DNA of 64,000 nt from Octopus sinensis (Eukaryota): the NCBI RefSeq assembly GCF_006345805.1, contig NC_042998.1:184822001-184886000 (forward strand), written 5' to 3'. Shown piece after piece: positions 37,755 through 51,414 of this stretch. The first letter of the stretch is position 1, and each line of letters begins with the position of its first letter. The translations under genes were made by a program, and so were the position numbers. The notes under the pieces were generated by a model. It did not search any database, had not been told where the DNA came from, and saw only the letters and a list, made by a program, of their open reading frames with translations.

Positions 37755-40493
37755 GCACATCATAACATGAAATTGTTGGAATTCGCCTCTTATATCTTGT
37801 TACTGACGCTCATGTCTCCTATAAGATAAGGAGAGGACGTAGCCAAAGGGAGTAGAATATCTATTGAAAGGGAAAAGGAAGTGAAAGGGTGCCAAAGGTT
37901 ATTTATTTATTTATTTATTTATTCATTCTATTTCTGGCAGAATCGTTAGCACGCCGGACTAAATTTTTAGCGGCATTTCGTCCGTCATTCCGAGTTCAAA
38001 TTCCGCCGAGGTCCACTTTGCCTTTCATCCTTTCGAAGTCGATAAAATAGTTACAAGTGGAGCACTTGGATCGATGTAACTGGTGATCTAAACAAATAGG
38101 TACGCTGTGTAAGTGCTATAATTGGTCATCCGTTAGGTTCAAAGTTCACAGCTGAGGCTGGAGCTAGGGATCCGTATTAAGCTTCCATGTTAGTTGATAT
38201 GTATTAGAGGAAGAGGACATCAAAAATCAACGCAGGACAAGTATCTCCAGTCATTTATAATAATTTAATTAGGGTAAGGTTAATTTGAAGTCTTACAGCT
38301 GTTCCTGTGATATCCCATGTGATAGGCTAGCATATCCGTTACGTTCTGAGTTCAAATTCCGCCGAGGTCGACTTTGCCTTTCATTCTTTCGGAGTCGATA
38401 AATAAAGTACCAGTTACGCACTGGGGTCGATGTAATCGACTTAATCCCTTTGTCTGTATTTGTTTGTCCCCTCTATGTTTAGCCCCCTGTGGGCAATAAA
38501 GAAATATATATCCGTACATTGGGTATTCCGTCATCTGAGACAAGGTAAGTATGTATGAAAGTTCTAGCCAGGCAAATTCACAGTTTATAAGGAATAAAAT
38601 AGAGGAATAAAGAGTAAAAGTAAATAGAATACAGACAGGAAAATAAAGTTCTCAGTTCATCTTTATCCATACCTCTAGAAAAAGATGAACTGTGAACTTT
38701 ATTCTCCTGTCTTTATTCTTCTATCTACTACATTCCTCAAGCTACTGAGAAGCATGAATGAGCTCCGTCAAGTTGATCTTCCCGAGACTGATTATACAAT
38801 GTCATGAGACGTGTGACTCTCTCCCGCTCACCACAGTTTGAGATTTGTCCACTAAAATTTCGTGGAGAAAGTGTGTGAGTTCATGCTTTTCACATTAGCG
38901 TTGCCGGTTTGCTTAAAGCCGTTTTCTCATTCCAGCCTGTACCATTTCTCTTCTTATAGACATACAAGAAGCGACGATACAGGTCGGTTGCTTAAACTAT
39001 GATGGGTTATGTGAAACGCGAGAAATTTCAATAACCGAATTAATATGTGGTTGGTGACCTCTCACAGTATTGTGAAACGAAGATAACGGTTTTCACACCG
39101 ATATTTAACCATTTTAGGGCGAAATATTGATGAGAAATATTACGTCCTAAAATTATTTTAGTGGGAAATACTTTAGGGACGGCAGAAATTATAAATAGGA
39201 CGTTTATATTTGGTCTCTATTTGGTGTCTGATTCAAATTCTTATGTAATATGGCATATGTCAACACTTGAATCTCGAGTGTTCCCAAATGGTATGTACAT
39301 ATCTTTCTGCATGAATATAATATTGGTAATGGTGCTGTTAACCTCCAACTTCACAATAAACTCAATCCGCAATGGAGGATTTATTTGGTGTTAGGAGCAG
39401 TCTAATTTCACACTGAAACATAAGATACACACACGCACGCGTGTACACACACACACAGGCACATATACATGTACACACACACATACACACGGAGGCTCAC
39501 ACACGCACACACATACATATACCAGCGCGCACACACGCTCGCGCGCGCACGCATATATGTTGCCTCTCGCTCAACTTCTCTCCCATTCGCTCTTTGGCTG
39601 TTACACGCATATACATACATACACACATATATCACTGTATCGGCCATTAATAGGAGTGGGGGTACACACTATTGACGCTACGTGTTCGCTCTACTTGCTA
39701 GAAATAGCAGACAAACCTTAAAATCACATTATCCACTTTTTATAAAGAAATACATCCGCTATTGAAGTCCTGGGAATATTCTATCCCCTCAGAACAAGTG
39801 GGATGTTCGTGCTAAATAACGCAATTAAAAGCCTCAAAACCACAAATACTACAATTTACAATCCCTCATAGTCTTTTGACATATATATATTAACGCCAGA
39901 CATATAAATCAAAATTTAGAGTTCTTTCCCAGAGCAAGAAAATACCTCAGCTCTGGATGGTTGTTGATTCTCAACAAAATTCAAGCAAAGACTCCATTGG
40001 AATACTAATCTCATAACTGCTACAAAAAAATGCCACCAAAAAGCTACAAACACATAAAAACCTATCATAAAAAGGGTCAGTAAGTAATTTGACTGTGGAT
40101 CATTCGAGCAACATATTGTAACCTTCGGGTCACGCAAGTACTATTTGCTCTCTATGATTCTTCTACCAGTTCTTTTGAACGACATATTTGCGTGTCCTCT
40201 TCACGAACACATGCATATTCACGTCTTGTAACTCCTACAGTGTTTCACTGTTGCATAACTTTTAGGGCTGCATTGCGATTTTTTTGGGATTCACTCTTAA
40301 GGTTTCCGCTCTGTTGCTGAAGCTATACATTGAACATATGGCAATAGTTATGGGTACTATCACTCCTCTTCTGAGGGATCTATAACAAATGATGTGTGTG
40401 TGTGTGCCTGTGTGTGTAATGACAGAAGCACATAAAAGTATGCATGTGTATATGTATATATATACATATATGCAAACACAAAGAAACACACGT

Positions 40494-40590
<97 letters not shown>

Positions 40591-40821
40591 TTGTACATAT
40601 AATAAAAAGCATGTACATATATCTAAAAACACACTCACGTACACACCCAATTATGTACTTATGTAATTATAACTGTGCTAAGTAATGCACATATATATTA
40701 TTTTATGGCTGAAGCGTTCCGAATTTCAATAATTAGTATCACATTTCTGATCCTCGAATACAGGAAGAGCTTTGCCACTGATGCAAAAATTCTCTACGAT
40801 GTACTAAAACAGCGTTGGGCA

Positions 40822-40874
40822 GAATAGACTGGTGAAGTGCACATTACAGTATATATATCACAGTGCACATCACA

Positions 40875-40952
<78 letters not shown>

Positions 40953-40980
40953 CTGTGATGTGCACTTCACCAGTCTATTC
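40822..40980. repeat. 30-bp inverted repeat bracketing a (TA)n tract
   Basis: gaatagactggtgaagtgcacattacagta / tactgtgatgtgcacttcaccagtctattc, 1 mismatch. Confidence 0.85.
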
Positions 40981-41834
40981 TCGAACCCACAAGAGTAATC
41001 AAAAGAGACAGAGACAGGCAGAAACAAGGAAAATGCCACTTGTATTTGAACACTATACAAATATTATTTTTTAAAAACTTTTCTTTTAATTCCTCTAAAT
41101 TCAATTGTTTAATTGTTACTGGTGATAAAGTCTCAATGACTGAAACCGGTACTGAAATGTTTTCTATAAAATTATTTTAGCATTTTCTATCTTGACTTTT
41201 TTTTCCATATATATATATATATCCATAATTGATTGACGTCATTTGCAAGCGATATGATCCAAGCTTTTGCAAACTTCATTTAGGTACCTATGAAGTTGTG
41301 ACAAAAACAAGAAACCTTCTCGGCTCTCCTAAACCTACTCCAAAGGAACAAAAAAGTATGTGACAGCTGACGGGAAGGAAGGATGTACCAGAACTCATTG
41401 GTTCATACTCATTTCAAGTAAGTAAAATGGAACAGCATGAAACGAAGTGCATTACTGCAAACACACTATACTAACTAATCCAGGAATCGAACAAAAAAAA
41501 ACTTATGATTGTGAACTCAACTCCGCTAACTCCATCTCCACTTTTTTGTACATAGTTCGCAAGCCTTATTGTTGATATCCTATTAAGTTACAAGTAAGAT
41601 AAGCGGTGTTAAACATTTCTTTTGGGCGACTAAGTACAATCTATATTCGGATTAGATCAACTAATGTATTCATTTTCTTTTGGGGGGTAATTATAGTGAT
41701 TTAATGCTTAAACTATGTTTGGAATAACTCTTATATAATTTCACTTCTTGTTATTGTTTAATAACAATATCTATATGTGTATACGTAGGACGCAGATATA
41801 TAAAGGTATTCAAGCATATATAATGCAAAGATAA

Positions 41835-41897
<63 letters not shown>

Positions 41898-42164
41898 AAC
41901 ACACACACTGGCAATTACATCGCGAACTAGGCATTTAAGCTATTTAACACCCACTATTTGTCACATCCGCTCTTTGTTTATTTCTTGGTAGTATAATTTA
42001 TGATGTACTGAAGAGTTTCGTCTCACTCCTGTGACCTGATCACTGACGCAATTCTAGATGCAGTCAAATTGTCATTGAAAAGATAATGTATATCGTGTGT
42101 GCGTGTGTGTGTGCGTGTGTGTGTGCTTGTGTGTGTGTGTGTGTATATAGATATATTTTTCTTT

Positions 42165-42935
42165 ATTCCTTTTACATTTTTCAGCCCAAAGGTTGTGGCC
42201 ATGTTGGAGCACCGCCAATATAATCGCCTTTCAATGGCCATTCTTATGCGATTGACTTTTGGTGAATGAGGGAGTTTAAAACGGTTACCCTCTTTTGAGT
42301 TTTGTCGTGACAAAGGTTTATGAGGTACCTTGGACAGCAAGAGATGAAGTTGCTTCTTGAAAACCTCTACTCCAACTTCACGAAGATCCCTCAGAAATTT
42401 TGGCACGGTATTAAACAGGTGTAGGCTCCTGAATCCTTAAGCACGTGCTCCTCACTCTAGACAGGATAGCTGGAACCTTTGGAATAGGGCAGTGAGGTCC
42501 AGTTCAGAAGGTGGTATAGCTCCTAACGCCAAAAGTGTGGTGCCAACCCCTCCAGGATATCACAGCGTACCTCTCCCATCTTCGCTCTAGGGAGAAAAGG
42601 CGTAGCTCTTCCAGTTTCTCCCAGTAGCTCAGCTGTTCCATTGATACAATCATCCTGGTGTGGCAACGCTGAACTGCCTCGATTTCCACTATTAATTTAA
42701 CACTGTTGGGTCACGACAGTGGAAAGTAGTAGCCTAGACGGTTGAGTACGAATGTCCTCCATACCACCAACATAGTTTGCTGGTCTTTTTCTGAAGCTTC
42801 TCGGAATCCATCCGGTTGTTCGCATGCACATTGCCACCATCTTGGTGATATGTATGTGAAACAATGCGTCGTTGCTCAAAACAATCCCCAGATCACGGAC
42901 TGTACTTGACTCTGGGATTGCCGCTCCTTTTGGTC
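42165..42935 (-). mobile_element. CR1-clade LINE 3' fragment
   Basis: VRDLGIVLSND..F..HI, EAVQRCHTRMI..MEQLSYWEKLEELRLFSLERR, FNTVPKFLRDL...VFKKQL. Confidence 0.88.
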
Positions 42936-43039
42936 ACATCATATACAACAAGCACATACAAATATATATGATATATATGATACATATATATATGACACAC
43001 ACACACACAAACACGCAAACACACATGCACACATGTGTG

Positions 43040-43099
<60 letters not shown>

Positions 43100-43636
43100 C
43101 ATATTGCGACAGATTCTTTTGCAAATTTATTGAAGGCCTAAATATTCGTTTCTATATTTTTGGCCGCTCTGATTTTTCTTTCTTCCCTTTCTTTTTCAGG
43201 AGAAAGTCTGAATTCATTTTCAATCTCTATGAGTGCCGTTTTTTTTTAGGGTATTTTTGAGATCTTACATTTCAGATCATAATGTAAGATCTTTTCTACT
43301 CTGATGACAGAGGCTCGATTTATCGAATGTTGACTGCTTCCATTACGGCCGCATATTGTGATGAACTACATCTACCAACATTACGATGGATCTCCGAACC
43401 TCTAGACACAGCAGACACAGCAGTTGGACACCTTTCTTCCTCGCCTTCGATTTTCCCAATCGTTTATATTCTGTGTTGGATCTATTAATATAAATATCTA
43501 TATACTAAATATATTAAATATTCATAGTCTGAAAGTCTCCACCTTTTGCTTCCTCTCATTTTGCATGTATACATATGTGCAAATTTTGTATGTTTTATAT
43601 ATCTAATTTGCTTATCTGCATAATTGACTACACACA

Positions 43637-43749
<113 letters not shown>

Positions 43750-44484
43750 TTATGTATGTATATCTTAGGCCCTGGTAGGGCATAAATGCAGGGTATTATC
43801 AGAGATGCACTCAACCCGAGTACTGGGCTATCAACACACTCGGATTCCAGACTACTGCCGAAATTCTTCAAGAGTGGAAAATCCTGGTTTCATGACGACA
43901 AAAACCTACGCGGGAATGTGATGAAGAGAAAATTATAATTCAGATAATTAGAAGACAAAGAAATCCTTTAACACGTCTTTTATAATTCGTTACAATTGTT
44001 TCTGTAAACTAGCGTAAACTAGCGTTGCAGGCAGATTTGATACAAAAATAATTGTAACCAATCATGAATTATCTTCTAATTATTTGGATTACGTATATAT
44101 ATCCCAGAACTTATTCTTTCTAAACCTAATACTTTTTCTATCATTTTTGTTTGCTGAACCGCTAAGTTACGGGGACGTAGACACACCAACAGCGGTTGTC
44201 AAGCGATGGGGGGGGGCAAATATACACACATACATACACATATATACGACGGGCTTCTTTCAGTTTCTGTTTACCAAATCTACTCACAAGGCTTTGGTCG
44301 ACCCGAAGCTATAGCTGAAGACACTTGCCCGATGTGCCACGCAGTGGGTCTGAACTCAGAACCATGTGGTTGGTAAGCAAGTTACTTTCTACACAGAAAA
44401 GGAAAAAAAAACAAACAAACGTTTGGACATGGCACAAACAGTGTATTAATAAAACACTCTGAGAAAGAAAAGAGTAGAAGTTTT

Positions 44485-44519
44485 ATTTTACGTTTCGAGC
44501 ATAACTCTTCTTCGGAAAG
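44485..44519 (-). ncRNA. Minimal hammerhead motif (U4C variant)
   Basis: uuu-CCGAAGA-A-GAGU(UAU)GCUC-GAAAC-GUA-aaa. Confidence 0.45.
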
Positions 44520-44878
44520 GAGAAGAAATAGGGAAGTCCAACACGAAGGAGGGAAAATCGCCAAGAATCACGTGTGTTTATTTTTTATAAGTAAGTGACC
44601 GGAAGTAGGAACGAAGAGAAAATGCTTTGTGGAACAGGAGAGTACGGGGTGTGTATATATTTTTATTTACGCTTATAAACCCAGTCACATAGACCTTTAT
44701 GCGTATATGTATAGCAATGTAAGGTGGGGTGTTTATTTTTTACATAGTGAACTATATGTACTAGCTGGAATTAGGTGTTGACATTTTAGGTGTGTGCGTG
44801 CGTGTGTGTGTGTGTGTGTGTATGTGTCAGCACCTGTCCTCCAAATCTCTACATTTGTGATATGACATGATTTTTCTG

Positions 44879-44879
<1 letters not shown>

Positions 44880-44931
<52 letters not shown>

Positions 44932-44972
44932 GTTATTATTATTATTATTTTTTCTATTATTACTACTACTAC

Positions 44973-45011
<39 letters not shown>

Positions 45012-45319
45012 CGTTATTATTATTATTATTATTTTTTCTATTATTACTACTACTACTATTATTATTATTATTATATTATTATTATTATTATTTTATTATT
45101 ATTGTTATTATTATTATTATTTTTTCTATTATTACTACTACTACTATTATTATTATTATTATTATTATTATATTATTATTATTATTATTATTATTGTTAT
45201 TATTATTATTTATTATTATTATTTTCTATTATTACTACTACTACTATTATTATTATTTATTATTATTATATTATTATTATTAGTATTATTATTATTTTTT
45301 CTATTATTACTACTACTAC

Positions 45320-45360
<41 letters not shown>

Positions 45361-45387
45361 GTAGTAGTAGTAGTAGTAGTAGTAGTC

Positions 45388-45449
<62 letters not shown>
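44880..45449. repeat. (ATT)n/(ACT)n/(AGT)n microsatellite with higher-order repetition
   Basis: Recurrent ttttctattattactactact blocks. Confidence 0.95.
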
Positions 45450-45451
<2 letters not shown>

Positions 45452-45890
45452 CCTTTGGTGTTGCTTTGATAATTCTTCATATCCACATGGGGTACTTCCT
45501 ACCTATTATTTTATAACGTCAATGGGTATGATACACTGCAGAGTTAAATGTTCGGGACATACGTAAAAATTACAGTGAAAGGGCGTCACATAACGAACTG
45601 GTTGGTAATGTAAGTGGCGTCGGGATCATCTAAATATAAATAAATAAATACATAAATAAATAAATAAACATAAACAAGCGTAAAAAGAATTCAACTTGAT
45701 TTGTTTGTCTTTTTCAGTTGTTGAAGTCGGTGTAATCAAAGCAGAAGACAATAAAGGTACTAGTCCACCTCAACACATACCAGACACTCGTTTTTGGTGC
45801 AATAGCGTATGCGGGTATAATAAAAAGAAATATGAACTCAAGTTCGGGTGAACATACAAATGTTTGTATCGTATATGTATGTGTATGTGC

Positions 45891-45941
<51 letters not shown>

Positions 45942-45980
45942 TGTATGTATGTGTGCGTGTTTGTGTGTGTCTTTGTGTGA

Positions 45981-46026
<46 letters not shown>

Positions 46027-46212
46027 TGGGGTCCAGAGTAATCCATAGGTAGGAGAGGTGCAGCCGGAGTGTAAAAAGTCCAAAAGAGGATCCGTAAAGG
46101 GTAGAAAAGTAGAAAGTCCAGTGGAGAAGTTCGTGGATGATGAGAGGAGACAGGATCAAATATCTAAATAGTAATTATACTGCATAGTAAAATACATTTG
46201 CTAACGTAAGGT

Positions 46213-47313
46213 GGCAGTCCTGCTTAGGACCATGTTACTACCATTTAACCCCAGGAAAATATCTTTTCCAGCTGGTTATCGACACACAATCTGTGTCTGA
46301 AATGGATGGATGGAAGCACTCCGTCGGTTACGACGACGAGGGTTCCGGTTGATCCGATAAACGGAACAGCCTGCTCGTGAAATTAACGTGTAAGTGGCTG
46401 AGCACTCCACAGACACGTGTACCCTTAACGTAGTTCTCGGGGATATTCAGCGTGACACAGAGAGTGACAAGGCCGGCCCTTTGAAATACAGGTACAACAG
46501 AAACAGGAAGTAAGAGTGAGAGAAAGTTGTGGTGAAAGAGTACAGCAGGGATCACCACCGTCCCTGCCGGAGCCTCGTGGAGCTTTAGGTGTTTTCGCTC
46601 AATAAACACTCACAACGCCCGGTCTGGGAATCGAAACCACGATCCTATGACCGCGAGTCCGCTGCCCTAACCACTGGGCCATTGCGCCTCCACGTCTGAA
46701 ATATACTGTGGGCAAGGGAGCGTACTACTCTATTCTAGCCACTAGCAGTACCAACAAACCAATGGTTTCTGACTAATTTCCCATCCTCGGTACTGGACAA
46801 CCGCCGGCTAGAGATAGCAGCTTACTCGACTCTACCCACATTATATAAATATAGAAGTGACAGACAGTTACAGATCTCGTAATGAGTAAAACAGCTAGTT
46901 TTAAATCTCTGAATGAGATCTAAGTAGTAACTATACTGCATGGCCCTACACAGGACTGCCAAGGTTGGCAAATAGATTTTCCTATGTAGTACAGTCACTA
47001 CTTAGATCTCATTCAGAGAATTAAAACTATCTGTTTTACTCATTACGAGGTCAGTGACTGCCTGTCACTTCTATATATATGTACAGTGAGTAGAGTCGAG
47101 TAAGCTGCTATCTCTAGCCGACGATTGTCCACCACCGAGGATGGGAAATTATCCAGAAACCCTTGATCTTTTGATACTGCTAGTGGCTAGGAGGGAGTAG
47201 TACGCTCCTTTCCTCACAGTATATTTCAGACATAGATTGTGTGTCGATAACCAGCTGGAAAACTTGTTTTCCTGAAATTAAATGGTAGTAACATGGTCCT
47301 ACGTAGGACTGCC
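46213..47313. repeat. Foldback element with ~330-bp imperfect arms; left arm split by a SINE
   Basis: 46213-46303 plus 46703-46941 is the reverse complement of 46984-47313 (roughly 85% identical, almost gap-free). Confidence 0.88.
46304..46693 (-). mobile_element. tRNA-derived SINE family A
   Basis: Near-identical to the 19998 copy; (TCCA)n tail; 9-bp TSD gtctgaaat (46295-46303 / 46694-46702). Confidence 0.95.
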
Positions 47314-47361
47314 TGTTTCGTTTTGGCAAATAGATTTTACTTGTGTGTGTGTGTGTGTATG

Positions 47362-47398
<37 letters not shown>

Positions 47399-47466
47399 GG
47401 AATTTAACAAAAGAAACAAAAGACGAAGACAGGTGTGTAAATATATATATATATTATATATATATA

Positions 47467-47514
<48 letters not shown>

Positions 47515-48526
47515 TATATATATATATATATACATACATATTTCGTTTTGGGATTTGGTTTGAAGATTATTTATGTGAGTTCGTGTGTTGAAGCATATTC
47601 TGTTGTGTCTGGGGAGAGTCATTCTCTTTTAGTGCCTTATAATTTAACACACTCACCAGTAAAATTTCCACTTATCTATAGGGATGGTGGGATTGGGATG
47701 TGAAGGGTGGGGGAACGATGGAAGGGGTGACGATGAAGGGAGAAGGTAGAGGGGAGAAGATGGGTAGGAGTGCTGAGAGGAAGTAGGTGCCAAAGCAAGA
47801 GAGGAGGACAGTTAGATGAAGAGGAGAGGGGAGGAGAGTTGAGCCCATGTGACGCAAAGGAGCGAAGAGAGAAGATTAATTCCTATATATACATGTATGA
47901 AAACTGCATGATCAGCACTGCTGTCCTAGAAAAATCCGACAGTCGAAGCACAGAATCTAACATCATGATGGTCGGGAGATGAGATTCAAATGAAGAAAGT
48001 GAGAATTCTTTGTAGAATTCTCTTCTGTGAATTAACCATGGGAGTCTCTTTTCTGCCGTCACATAATGGATGGATCTGAGACGTAAATGCATGCAGCAGA
48101 AACCCAGAACCAATCCAGCTGGCTTCGCACCATTATCTTCAGAAACGATTATTTAGAAGTTAAATGTGAAAGTAAAGTTAACGAAAAACATAGAGAAAGC
48201 AAGATGTTACAACAGGAACACGTTCTCTGCCGATTCTTACTTGGTATCTTTCTTCTCGCCGGTTTTACAAAAGTTTTAGCTTTCTTTAGTATCAGTACCA
48301 GCAATATGGAGAAATTACAACAGTTGGACGAGATTGAATTCTGGGACACGAGAAACAACTGACAAAGGCTGTTAACACAATATCGTCGCTTACAGTAAAA
48401 CATATAGATACAGATTTAAATAAAAAAATAGATTTGCTATTATTTTGATCAACTAAAAACTTCACAAAGCAGTAATTACATAATCACATTTGCCGAATGC
48501 AACCAGTAAGAAAAGTATAGAGTGCA

Positions 48527-48579
<53 letters not shown>

Positions 48580-48721
48580 ACACACACATATCAATATATA
48601 ACAAATATATGTATGTATGTAAAGTTAATCCAAACAAGAAAGTACAAAAACACACAACAACGCGAGGACGTGGAACAAATATAGTATTATTGAACGCTCA
48701 GGAAAGAAGGTAAGAAGGAGG

Positions 48722-48756
48722 GTTTAACGTTTCGAGCGGAGCTCTTCGTTGGAAAC
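48722..48756 (-). ncRNA. Degenerate minimal hammerhead motif
   Basis: guuu-CCAACGA-A-GAGC(UCC)GCUC-GAAAC-GUU-aaac. Confidence 0.35.
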
Positions 48757-49276
48757 ACAGAAGGAAAGATCCAGAGAAGGGAAGACAGAGGAAAAAAAAA
48801 TCGCACGCACACACACACACACACCACACACACACACATATATATGTATGCGCGGCTGTGTGGCAAGAAGTTTGTTTTCTAACCACATGGTTCTGGGTTC
48901 AGTCCCCTTGCGTGGATCCTCGTACTTAAAACGTAAATTAGTATTGGAGTTGGTTAGTGCGACAAAAATTTTTTAAGGTTGCGCTCAACCATGGCCGCAA
49001 TCAAATATACCGAAACATGATAAAAGATAAAAGACATATACGTATTTATATATGTACACACACACAGACACACTTAGACACCCCCCACACACACACATAC
49101 AGTATGTATGTATATATATATATATATGTCTGTGTGTGTGTGTGTTCCTACAAATTTCACTAAATGTGACAAGGCTGTTAAGAAATACCTACATTCCTAG
49201 AAATAAGAGTTAATCCTCTCTAATGCTGTAGTTAACGCACATATGTATATATATATATATAATATATATATATATA

Positions 49277-49382
49277 TATAAGTATAGGAAAGAATGGAGC
49301 TGAGCGAAGATTTAACAAAATTCCTTTATTTAAAGGAATTTTGTTAAATCTTTGCTCAGCTCCATTCTTTCCTATACTTATA
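49277..49382. repeat. 52-bp-arm palindrome abutting (TA)n
   Basis: tataagtataggaaagaatggagctgagc...ccttta-tt-taaagg...gctcagctccattctttcctatacttata, 1 mismatch. Confidence 0.92.
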
Positions 49383-49885
49383 ATATTAAATTAAACTTCA
49401 AATTTCCGCAGTAAGGCACGGAGTATATGCCCTATGGTCGTAACTTCAACCGTGTTCTTTCTGTTGTGAGTTTGCTACCCAGGTATCGGTTATCTTTCGA
49501 ATTATCCGTAATAAGATAATTCATTTATCTACTTAAATATATATATATATATACATACATAGATACATAGACCCACATACATATATATATATGTATGCCT
49601 GTGTGTATCTATCAAATATACTCGCACATATATCCGCATAAAGCATACGTTTTCATACGCAAATGTATTCACACTTCTTATTCTTTTCAGATATGATAAA
49701 TAGTTAAGACCGAAAGAAGTAAAGAAACCCGATACTTAGTTTGTAGATGACAAACGATACATAAAACACTGGAAATATATACTAAAGAAATCACAGGTAT
49801 ACATATCTCTTTCATTCCCTCTCTCTCTCTCTGACACTCAATCCCTCTTACTGTCTCCCCCTCCCTCCCACCCTCTCTCTCTAGG

Positions 49886-49916
<31 letters not shown>

Positions 49917-49935
49917 GTATATGTATATGTATATG

Positions 49936-49986
<51 letters not shown>

Positions 49987-49996
49987 ATATATATAC

Positions 49997-50027
<31 letters not shown>

Positions 50028-50150
50028 TATGTATATGTATATATATATATGTATATATATTTATATATATATTCATATATATATGTATATATATATATAT
50101 AATGTATATATATTCACACATATATATAATATATATATTATATGTATATG

Positions 50151-50193
<43 letters not shown>

Positions 50194-50287
50194 TCATATA
50201 TATATGTATATATATTCATATATATAGGTATATATATTCACACACACATATATATATATATATATGTATATGTATTTATATATATAT

Positions 50288-50320
<33 letters not shown>

Positions 50321-50340
50321 GTATACATACATACATGCAA

Positions 50341-50392
<52 letters not shown>

Positions 50393-50803
50393 TTGCATGT
50401 ATGTATGTATACATACTTTTACATATGCATACATATATGTGATTATGTGTGTATATAAATGTGTATGCGTACCCGTTTGTGTTTATGCGGTTACTTTTAA
50501 GTACATTGAATGTGTGTGTCTATGTGTGTGAATACATGTGTGTATATGTATATGTGTGTGTGTGTGTGTGCGGGCGGGCGTGTGTGTATGTATATCTGTA
50601 TACATATACATATATACACACACACATGCGAATGTATTCGTGTGCGTTTCCTCATATGTATGTGTGTGTATTTTTTATTCGTGTGTGTTTAGTATTTCAA
50701 AGAAATTCAACAATTGGTGAGTACAACAAATTTATCTCGACTGTGTCTCTATCTGTCATGGCAGACCTGAACAAGTGATCCGCAACTTTAGTTGGCGGCT
50801 TTG

Positions 50804-50839
50804 AACGCCAGGGGGCGCAGTCATCTAGTGCACTTCCGG
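50804..50839 (+). promoter_or_regulatory. CTCF-like motif next to an ETS-like motif (duplicated at ~52506-52541)
   Basis: aaCGCCAGGGGGCGCag resembles the CTCF core and CACTTCCGG is an ETS consensus; both lie in a short CpG-rich patch. Confidence 0.35.
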
Positions 50840-51414
50840 ATTCCGATCTATTCACACAGCCGCTGAGCAACGTTGGGAATGACATTTCGTGTAGCCATCT
50901 CGCTGAAGCTAGACACGCGTTCACACCTGAGCATAATTATAGATGTTAAAAAAAACAAAAACAAAAACAAAAAAAACAAAGAGGTAAAATTAAAAATACA
51001 TATACATACAAACATATAAAACGTGATTATGCTATTGGTTTAGTGGAGAGAATCATAATGGCGGCTCGAATCTTTGATTAATCATGTACTTTTTTTATCT
51101 TTTGGTGACGGTCGTTGAAGTAGAAAAGGCAAGATTTCGAGAACACTGGTTGCGACCTGTAGTATATATACGACAAAGGAATAACCGATTATCTTATATG
51201 CCTCATTAGCTTACAGCTATTTCAATTGTTGGATGTGGTGGACTCCTAGTTGAGTACCTGAGTAACACCTGACAGTTTCATCAGTGCCTCAAGTGTGAAG
51301 CAACCTAATGAAGTGATCGAAATAGTCGTCTATTCCTTTGTTATCTCTTTTCTTGTTACCGCTCTGTACTCGCCAAACGTTTCTTGAGTTCTCCACCAGG
51401 TTATTAGTACTGCA

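Noticed and set aside
46703-47313. Coding origin of the foldback arms (some mismatches spaced by 3)
   Set aside because: The frames tested contain stops and give no recognisable protein.
49691-49796. Exon candidate with a good acceptor (ttcttttcag) and donor (cag/gtatac)
   Set aside because: Stops in all three frames; no support as a coding exon.
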